Assembly: GCA_002269645.1 (NCBI GenBank)
Contig: NIVC01003945.1
Coordinates: 4,441 to 68,440 of the forward strand
Length of the DNA stretch: 64,000 nucleotides
Direction: 5' to 3'
From: Macrostomum lignano
Lineage: Eukaryota
The notes under the pieces were generated by a model. That model had not been told where the DNA came from. It was given only the letters and a program-made list of their open reading frames with translations, and did not search any database. The translations under genes and the position numbers were made by a program. Shown here in pieces: positions 56,046 to 64,000 of the stretch (position 1 is its first letter; each line of letters begins with the position of its first letter).

Positions 56046-57231
56046 ATGAAGCGAAAAAGTACACAGCAGATATCTGAATTGGAGAAGCTAGCACAAGCAG
56101 AGAAACGAGTTACCGGGCTAATAAATAAGGAGCAACAATCCTACAATGAGTTTGTCCAAGCAGCCACCGAATTTCACAAACCCGGATACACAGAAGCGAA
56201 GAAAAACCTCGACACTGTGAAGGAAGCAGTTGATGATATTCAAGAGAGCCACTTGCAAAACACATTGGGTAAAATCCCATCTTCACCAGGACAACCACAG
56301 GCTCAGGAACCAGGACAACCGGTGCAGATGAAAGTGACGGATAACTTTTTTGGCCCCGTAGTGGATGATGGAAAATATATTTTTGGAATTAGCGCCTGGC
56401 GAAAAAATATTACCGGGGAACCGGCGGATTACAACATTGAAGTGACAAAGGAAAACATTTCAATCAATAAAGGCGCAAAAACTAAAAGAATCCAGTTCAC
56501 TCAAACTTTACTTGATTACATGACTAAAAATCTAGAGAATACGTCTAAAAAGCAGCTCAAAAATTACAAAGATCTTGTTACCTTTGCTCTCGATAGGGAT
56601 ATAGATATGCTCAAGAACAACGGTGTTTTGAAAATTTTACATGAAAACGGGATTGTCTTGAACAGATTTAAAAAAATACAAATACTTTAAACAATGGTTT
56701 GGTTTGCCGGATCAGGAAGAGGTCATAAGACAACAACCACAACAACAACAGCAACAACAGCAACCGCCACAACAGCAGCAACATTTCACAGAAGAACAAG
56801 TACTCAGGCAACTGGAAAATGCAGATCCGACTCAAGTAGCTAAATATAATAATGATCACCCAACAGACTGGCAACACTTAGAACAACACTCTCCAGATCG
56901 AATGAACAGAATCAAGCAAAGAGTTTTCACACCTCAACAAAGACAGGCGCCACATGACAGTTCCATCTCTGAAAGTGAGCAGTCTTTTGGATCACCTCCC
57001 CAGCAGCCACAAGCCCAACCAACTCCACAACCCCAAGACCAACCACCCAAATCTGGAAAAGGAATAGCTGAAATCTACAAGCGAGTAGCGGTTCTTCTAG
57101 GAGCGGCAAAGACCGGAATGAAAGACGAGAATAGAAAAGAATTTGTCAACATCCTGGACAAAATGCTTGAGAGAAAATACATCGATAAGAGGGCGAGAGA
57201 GCTTCTGCTTTCGCGGTTCAACAAAAAATAA
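56046..57231 (+). CDS. Conserved Polinton-type protein, apparently one ORF split at an A-run (214 aa and 175 aa pieces), left arm
   Basis: TDNFFGPVVDDGKYIFG, and a C-terminal GKG...YKRVAVLLGAAKTG...EFVNILDKMLERKYI, resemble the two halves of a recurrent Polinton/adintovirus ORF. The second piece has no ATG (TTG start). Confidence 0.6.
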
Positions 57232-57247
57232 CTTATTTCAAGTAAAA

Positions 57248-57637
57248 ATGCCACTTATTTTCGAAAAAGACATTGACAAATACTATGACAAAGAGGAACT
57301 TAATCTTATTAAACGCGGATCTGGACTTTTCCCTGCAGGCCACTATCCAAGAAAAGAGCGCTCCGGGAATGGCCTTGCCGATTTGATCGCTCAGGGGGCT
57401 AAGATTTTTAAGGTCATTGGAGAGAACAAAGAGAACATCAAGAACGTTGCCGAAGCGGCTGGCAGTGTAGCCACAGCAGCCAAAAAGATAAAGGATACTG
57501 TAACACCTAAACAAGAGATTCAACCTCCACTGGCCCCGCTGGCTCCGCTGGCCCCAAATCCAGACATTGTGGACCCTGCAGTCTATGAGAAGATGAGAGC
57601 TAGCATTAAAAAAGGAAGTGGTTTCAAATTTGACTAA
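57248..57637 (+). CDS. Small virion core/membrane-active-like protein (129 aa), left arm
   Basis: ATG at 57248 in AAAAATG context. GSGL, GNGL and GSGF motifs; amphipathic LADLIAQGAKIFKVIG; Pro-rich segment. Confidence 0.65.
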   Translation: MPLIFEKDIDKYYDKEELNLIKRGSGLFPAGHYPRKERSGNGLADLIAQGAKIFKVIGENKENIKNVAEAAGSVATAAKKIKDTVTPKQEIQPPLAPLAPLAPNPDIVDPAVYEKMRASIKKGSGFKFD

Positions 57638-57675
57638 AGGGTACTTTCCGAGGGTACAAGAAATGTAAAGGTACA

Positions 57676-57796
57676 AGACTAGTCCCAAAATGACATACCT
57701 AAGTCCCAAAATGACACATCTAAGTCCCAAAATAACACATCTAAGTCCCAAAATGACACATCTAAGTCCCAAAATGACACATCTAAGTCCCAAAAT
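57676..57796. repeat. 21-bp repeat (CTAAGTCCCAAAATGACACAT) x 6 at the inner end of the left arm; mirrored at 59560-59687
   Basis: Direct reading in both arms. Confidence 0.95.
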
Positions 57797-57885
57797 TGAC
57801 AACTCTTTGGTGGTGGTTAGATTTGTTTTACGTTTGATTGTTTCGTCTGCAGTTGGCGCCAGCAGGTCTCTTCGAATCTACCTAT

Positions 57886-58692
57886 TTATTTGTCTATGCG
57901 CTCCATTCTACACTTGATCTCAAACAAACCGGTTGGCTCACGAAATTTTGGGTTAGTGGTCAAACTGGTTGGCTCACGAAATTCGTGGTCAGTGGTCAAG
58001 TCGGTTGGATCACTTATTTCCCTTGTGGTCTGTGGTGCCTCTTCAACAGTATCAATATCAGGAAGATTGTGTACTCCCTCAAGACGACTGATTCTTCTCA
58101 ACGATTTCTGCCATTCGGTAAAAATTAAATCTAAATAGACTTTAATTGCATCAAGTCTTTCTTTAATTCTATCATGCAACGATGTTGACTGAGTCATGAA
58201 CTCTTCTAAATTCCTCACTTTACCTGTGTTGGTTGCGACGTTTTCTTTAATTCTATCATGCAACACTGTTGACTGGTTCATGAACTCTTCTAAATTATTT
58301 ACTTTAGCTGTGTTTGTGAAAACTCCTCCTTCAAGAATACGCATCCGTCTATCAGTGGAATTTCCCAGAAGATTAACTGATGATCTCAAGCCGTTGATTA
58401 GCGAGACTATCGAAGTTATTTCTGACCTTAGTTCATTAGTTGCGTTTGACAACGGCACAAAAAGCTCATCACTTTCAAACTTCTGCCTAGCTACTTTAAG
58501 CCTGAGATCTTCCATGTTTATCTGTAGCTGGTGCATGGAGCGCTCTAGTAGGGCTTTCAGTCTGTTTTTATTCAGTTTGATCTCTGGGATCTCTTCGTCG
58601 CTGTTGATATATCGCCTGTCAAGGATGGATATTTGAGCTGATGTAAGAGCGCTGTTGCCAGAAATGGATTCACCTGCAAAATTAATAGACAT
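57886..58692 (-). CDS. Hypothetical coiled-coil viral protein, 268 aa, single copy in the unique core
   Basis: Intact ORF directly downstream of the ATPase; heptad pattern and an internal duplicated segment. Confidence 0.7.
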   Translation of the reverse strand: MSINFAGESISGNSALTSAQISILDRRYINSDEEIPEIKLNKNRLKALLERSMHQLQINMEDLRLKVARQKFESDELFVPLSNATNELRSEITSIVSLINGLRSSVNLLGNSTDRRMRILEGGVFTNTAKVNNLEEFMNQSTVLHDRIKENVATNTGKVRNLEEFMTQSTSLHDRIKERLDAIKVYLDLIFTEWQKSLRRISRLEGVHNLPDIDTVEEAPQTTREISDPTDLTTDHEFREPTSLTTNPKFREPTGLFEIKCRMERIDK

Positions 58693-58708
58693 CTTTTAAT
58701 AGCAAATT

Positions 58709-59509
58709 TTAAATTACAGTTCTTTTTTCTTTGCTGATAATCTCAAACTGGTAAGGCTGATTCCACTTGTCATAGCAAAGATTAACGAATTCCTCCTGTG
58801 AAATCTTTCTGTTTGAGTTTTTTGTTGGATTTATGAAATAGGCAGGCGCAATGAACTCATTGTAAAATCTTTTTAACCTGTCCTGTGGAATGGTTGGAAA
58901 CAGGAGAATCAGATTGCAGTTCCCGCAAATTGTTTTGTTCGGGAGCTCGAACCAGTTCTGTGCAATGTAAATTACATTACAATTGTTATGTCGCCCTCTT
59001 GTAAAATAGTTTTCTATCTGCTTCTGTGGGCCTGTCATACAATCATCAAAGACGATCAAATGCTTTCTCCCTTTTTCTAGCTCATCTGGATGGGGTAGAA
59101 GTTTGGTCTTTGGATCCACCTGCGGATCTCCATAGGAGAACACTTTAATGTTCTGCCATTTTTCATTGTCTTTGAGGTGCTTTGCATATTCGGCAGCTAC
59201 AATTTCTGGGTTACTGGGAAGGCTCATTTGGTTATTAAAACATTGAATAATGTCCTCTTTGTTCAGTTTGTTTTGCAATCCAGAAATCAGCATTCTATAC
59301 TCATCTTGATACAGTGTGGGAGAGTAGATGTGCAGAGTGTCATAGTCGATGAAGCCAGGTCTAAGAAGCATGTTAAAGACTCTGAATGTTTTACCTGAAC
59401 CTGATGAACCAACAACAATGCATCTGAAGTGACTCGGGATTGACTCATGATGAGAAAACTTAATCTGATTACGCGTCCAGTGAGGATTGAAGTCCTTTGA
59501 AAAGTCCAT
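58709..59509 (-). CDS. DNA packaging ATPase (A32-like, FtsK-HerA superfamily), 266 aa, single copy
   Basis: Walker A CIVVGSSGSGKT, Walker B LIVFDD, then FTRGRHNNCNVIYIAQ, diagnostic of Polinton/NCLDV/virophage packaging ATPases. Confidence 0.92.
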   Translation of the reverse strand: MDFSKDFNPHWTRNQIKFSHHESIPSHFRCIVVGSSGSGKTFRVFNMLLRPGFIDYDTLHIYSPTLYQDEYRMLISGLQNKLNKEDIIQCFNNQMSLPSNPEIVAAEYAKHLKDNEKWQNIKVFSYGDPQVDPKTKLLPHPDELEKGRKHLIVFDDCMTGPQKQIENYFTRGRHNNCNVIYIAQNWFELPNKTICGNCNLILLFPTIPQDRLKRFYNEFIAPAYFINPTKNSNRKISQEEFVNLCYDKWNQPYQFEIISKEKRTVI

Positions 59510-59725
59510 TTTTTCTATGATGAAAAAAAATTTTTTTTTAATAATAAAACATTTAGAAGATGTGTCATTTTGGGACTTAGATGTGTCATTTTGGGACTTA
59601 GATGTGTCATTTTGGGACTTAGATGTGTTATTTTGGGACTTAGATGTGTCATTTTGGGACTTAGGTATGTCATTTTGGGACTAGTCTTGTACCTTTACAT
59701 TTCTTGTACCCTCGGAAAGTACCCT

Positions 59726-60115
59726 TTAGTCAAATTTGAAACCACTTCCTTTTTTAATGCTAGCTCTCATCTTCTCATAGACTGCAGGGTCCACAATGTC
59801 TGGATTTGGGGCCAGCGGAGCCAGCGGGGCCAGTGGAGGTTGAATCTCTTGTTTAGGTGTTACAGTATCCTTTATCTTTTTGGCTGCTGTGGCTACACTG
59901 CCAGCCGCTTCGGCAACGTTCTTGATGTTCTCTTTGTTCTCTCCAATGACCTTAAAAATCTTAGCCCCCTGAGCGATCAAATCGGCAAGGCCATTCCCGG
60001 AGCGCTCTTTTCTTGGATAGTGGCCTGCAGGGAAAAGTCCAGATCCGCGTTTAATAAGATTAAGTTCCTCTTTGTCATAGTATTTGTCAATGTCTTTTTC
60101 GAAAATAAGTGGCAT
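59726..60115 (-). CDS. Right-arm copy of the 129-aa protein
   Basis: Translation identical to 57248-57637. Confidence 0.65.
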   Translation of the reverse strand: MPLIFEKDIDKYYDKEELNLIKRGSGLFPAGHYPRKERSGNGLADLIAQGAKIFKVIGENKENIKNVAEAAGSVATAAKKIKDTVTPKQEIQPPLAPLAPLAPNPDIVDPAVYEKMRASIKKGSGFKFD

Positions 60116-60131
60116 TTTTACTTGAAATAAG

Positions 60132-61318
60132 TTATTTTTTGTTGAACCGCGAAAGCAGAAGCTCTCTCGCCCTCTTATCGATGTATTTTCTCTCAAGCAT
60201 TTTGTCCAGGATGTTGACAAATTCTTTTCTATTCTCGTCTTTCATTCCGGTCTTTGCCGCTCCTAGAAGAACCGCTACTCGCTTGTAGATTTCAGCTATT
60301 CCTTTTCCAGATTTGGGTGGTTGGTCTTGGGGTTGTGGAGTTGGTTGGGCTTGTGGCTGCTGGGGAGGTGATCCAAAAGACTGCTCACTTTCAGAGATGG
60401 AACTGTCATGTGGCGCCTGTCTTTGTTGAGGTGTGAAAACTCTTTGCTTGATTCTGTTCATTCGATCTGGAGAGTGTTGTTCTAAGTGTTGCCAGTCTGT
60501 TGGGTGATCATTATTATATTTAGCTACTTGAGTCGGATCTGCATTTTCCAGTTGCCTGAGTACTTGTTCTTCTGTGAAATGTTGCTGCTGTTGTGGCGGT
60601 TGCTGTTGTTGCTGTTGTTGTTGTGGTTGTTGTCTTATGACCTCTTCCTGATCCGGCAAACCAAACCATTGTTTAAAGTATTTGTATTTTTTTTAAATCT
60701 GTTCAAGACAATCCCGTTTTCATGTAAAATTTTCAAAACACCGTTGTTCTTGAGCATATCTATATCCCTATCGAGAGCAAAGGTAACAAGATCTTTGTAA
60801 TTTTTGAGCTGCTTTTTAGACGTATTCTCTAGATTTTTAGTCATGTAATCAAGTAAAGTTTGAGTGAACTGGATTCTTTTAGTTTTTGCGCCTTTATTGA
60901 TTGAAATGTTTTCCTTTGTCACTTCAATGTTGTAATCCGCCGGTTCCCCGGTAATATTTTTTCGCCAGGCGCTAATTCCAAAAATATATTTTCCATCATC
61001 CACTACGGGGCCAAAAAAGTTATCCGTCACTTTCATCTGCACCGGTTGTCCTGGTTCCTGAGCCTGTGGTTGTCCTGGTGAAGATGGGATTTTACCCAAT
61101 GTGTTTTGCAAGTGGCTCTCTTGAATATCATCAACTGCTTCCTTCACAGTGTCGAGGTTTTTCTTCGCTTCTGTGTATCCGGGTTTGTGAAATTCGGTGG
61201 CTGCTTGGACAAACTCATTGTAGGATTGTTGCTCCTTATTTATTAGCCCGGTAACTCGTTTCTCTGCTTGTGCTAGCTTCTCCAATTCAGATATCTGCTG
61301 TGTACTTTTTCGCTTCAT
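60132..61318 (-). CDS. Right-arm copy of the split Polinton-type ORF (227 aa and 175 aa pieces)
   Basis: Mirror of 56046-57231; the A-run is 8 nt here versus 7 nt on the left. Confidence 0.6.
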
Positions 61319-61348
61319 TTCTTATTTTATTTTATTTTTAGTTAAAAA

Positions 61349-62634
61349 ATGAACGACCCACTGACACCAGTTTTCTACAAAATTAACAAGCCTATTTTGA
61401 GTGATGATAGCACAATCAAAGTGACTCAGGTAAGAGTTCCCAGTCAGGAAAATCAGAATGAAACTAATCTTGGTCCTGGCCAAACACTGACATTTACATA
61501 CAATGGATGTTCGTCTTTGGTTAGTGTGCACAGTCTTAAGAGCGGCTTCCATATGACATTTCAATTCAAGACAAAGGGTGGTGCGGATGCGGCTCGTGCT
61601 AACGTTGACAAGCATGATGCGGATGTGGCTCTGATCAGTAACTTTTGGGCGTACATGTTCAAGGAGTTTAGTGTATCGAATGGGAGCACTGAGTTGGAGC
61701 GAATCGCCAACTTTGGAATTGTCTATGACGCTCATTGTTTGATCGAGAATCCTGATTTTATTCAGTTGGGAAGTGGTGCGGGTTTTATCGCAGATGAAAA
61801 AGAAGGAGACACCAATGACAGTGGCTATAAAAAGAGGAAGAAGAGATACAACTATGCATTGCAAGGTGCTGATGATGCTGCTAAAAACCCGCTGTATCGG
61901 TCTGTTGATGTATTTGTACCACTGAGATTCATGAGTGGATTTGTAATACATTTAATCGACTGACTAGTAACTTTAGCTACACTTTTAAGATGACTAGAGA
62001 TGATCGCAGTAGAGTGTTGTGGACTGGGGCGGACCACACAAGGATGGAGGTGAAGCTAACCGGAATCGAGCTGTATTTGGAAGTCATTGAGCCAAAGACT
62101 GCACTAAAAGCAGACTATCTTAAGGCAATAGAGAAGGACATTGATGTTGCATACACAGCCTACATGTGTCGAGATGAGCGAAACGAAACTAGAACAAACA
62201 TCTGCATTAAAGAGGGATCATGCAGCAATCCAAGGTATATCATTATTAATATGAGAAACCCAAATAGCATTATACGCTACATGCATGGTGACGTGCGGTC
62301 CATTCAGCATGAAATCAGTGATAATCTTTACCCTGCACTGCCACAAAATGGAGATTTCAGTCAGAACAAGATTAGCAAATTTTATAGCGAGTTGGTCGAC
62401 TTGGCTGTGAAAGAGAACAATGGAATTGCTATCACTGCTCTTCAATATGGAACTCTATATCCAATGTTTGGCGCTGATGTGTCTGCCAGACAAATGCCTA
62501 CTGATAACAGCCCTGTGAATATCGTGACTAACATTGAGAGGACTGTCGCAACACCTGTGGACTTGTACATTATCTATGCATTTGAGAGGAAGGTGAAGCT
62601 TAACATGATCAACAATTCATCCAGTAAAGTTTAA
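61349..62634 (+). pseudogene. Right-arm major capsid protein copy, frameshifted near 61940
   Basis: ggatttgtaatac here versus ggattttgtagtac in the left copy; the two ORF pieces reproduce the left MCP. Confidence 0.75.
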
Positions 62635-62655
62635 ATATTTTTTTATGTGAAAAAA

Positions 62656-63516
62656 ATGGAAGCGATTGCTGAAAGACTAAATAATATTATTTCGCACTCC
62701 AAGGAGAGCATTCCTATTACAATAACTGGGCGAATTAATGACTCAAACGGGATATTTATTCAAAAATTAGAGCAGGCGATTCGCCTGGATCCAGGTGCTA
62801 ATTACCATGTCTATCTTAACGACTTCACTGGTTGGTCAAACGTTCCCAATGTGACGGCAGCAAATAATAAGTTTTATTACAAATGGAAAGGTGCAGCAGC
62901 AGAACCTGTGGTATTCCCTGTGAGCACGCAAAGTGTGGATACCTACAATTACTTTCTAGAAAACGTCTTTACTAAAAGAGGCCATTTTGAGACACCTGAT
63001 ATGAGTAAGCCAGAGAAGAAACTGTTCCCTGTTAAACTAACCTATGATCTCACTGTAATGAGAGTGGTCATGCAAGTTCACAAAGATGCGGAGGTTAGTT
63101 TAAAGATGACACTTGGTATAGGGAATTGGGATTCGTGAAGAAAGTTTATAAGGCAGAATCCACAGCGCGGACTGTCACTCAAGCGACGGGGGCTGTTATC
63201 ATGGCCCGGGAAAGTGTACGCGGTTTGTTCTTAGCACCCAATATAGCAGACATTGTAAAGGGTTTGAATATTCTAATCAGAACTAATCTCAGTCTTGATT
63301 GGGTATTTAAGGGAAAGCGAACGAATATTTTGTACAACATCTCCAACTCTGTAGCTGGAGGACAGATGGTGGTAGAGAAACCAAATCCAGTGAAAAGAGT
63401 TGTATTGAGTAATAAGGAGATTCACGAGATTGTGCTACAGTTTGAGACTGAAGATGGGATGGGCGTTGATTTTAATGGGAAGAGTTGTATTGACGTTAAT
63501 CATTGAGAGAATGTGA
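62656..63516 (+). pseudogene. Right-arm penton copy with three 1-nt deletions
   Basis: gaggttagttt versus gaggttgagttt (~63097); aatgggaagagttgta versus aatggggaagagtttgta (~63480). Confidence 0.72.
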
Positions 63517-63520
63517 GAAA

Positions 63521-63760
63521 TCACAATTGCCTAATGATTTCTGCAAAGTTATAGTAGCTGTCATAATCTTTTACATAGGTTACTCCATACTTATGAAACC
63601 AATGTCTTTGGAGAGCTAGATTAATATTAGGGACATTGATTTGAACGTCGGGCCAATATTTTCTCATGTATTCGCTGCATTCAAGTTTGCATCGGTACTT
63701 ACTCTTGTAATTAGGCTCGTGCGCTTTGTAATAAGAACCTGGAGAGACAACTGGAAACAT
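63521..63760 (-). CDS. Right-arm copy of the small Tyr-rich protein
   Basis: Translation identical to the left copy. Confidence 0.6.
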   Translation of the reverse strand: MFPVVSPGSYYKAHEPNYKSKYRCKLECSEYMRKYWPDVQINVPNINLALQRHWFHKYGVTYVKDYDSYYNFAEIIRQL

Positions 63761-64000
63761 TTTTATTGAGAATTTATTACTTTTTTTCAAAGGGTAAGGA
63801 CCCTGCGCTGATGATTTAAAGTTTTAGGGATCTGGTTTCATGTTGCGAATTGAATGTGGGGATAAGAATGCAGATTATTTTCTGATTGTTTCGAAGATGC
63901 TATGGGTGGATGTCAGTGGATGATGTCTGTGTCAGTGAGCATAACGGGTATCAGTGGACACCTGCTCTGATTCTGTCAGGGATAATATGGATGGATTTAA

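Larger units (their letters stand above)
53056..64000. mobile_element. Endogenous Polinton/adintovirus-like element with very long inverted arms (runs off the window end)
   Basis: Arms 53056-57796 and 59567 to beyond 64000 are reverse complements (mirrored coordinates sum to ~117,360-117,364). Intronless, AT-rich, tightly packed ORFs. MCP, penton and packaging ATPase motifs. Left end begins AGTAG. Confidence 0.88.

Noticed and set aside
58880-58960. ATPase TICGNCN instead of the usual IRxN, suggesting inactivation
   Set aside because: Walker A, Walker B, GRH and the downstream Gln are intact; one substitution is not enough evidence.

Overview
Eukaryotic, intron-rich, minisatellite-rich animal DNA, most likely the flatworm Macrostomum (inferred from repeat style and gene structure, not from a database match). 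Host genes: an 11-exon cadherin of about 842 aa with a mucin-like stalk (5379-21810, +), plus an inverted duplicate of its signal-peptide exon (2823-2901, -); an intronless class A peptide GPCR (-); an OS-9/ERLEC1-like MRH protein (+); LZTS-like exons (+); a KLF2/4-like zinc-finger gene (-); and the last exon of an unidentified gene (-). Repeats: LINE and SINE remnants, a 1.09-kb LTR element with identical LTRs, and many intronic minisatellites. The standout is 53056-64000, a Polinton/adintovirus-like element built as a large palindrome. Its two ~4.7-kb inverted arms each carry major capsid, penton and three other ORFs, around a 1.77-kb unique core with one packaging ATPase and a coiled-coil ORF. 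No pPolB, integrase or protease is visible. The right end is predicted near 64,300, just outside the window.
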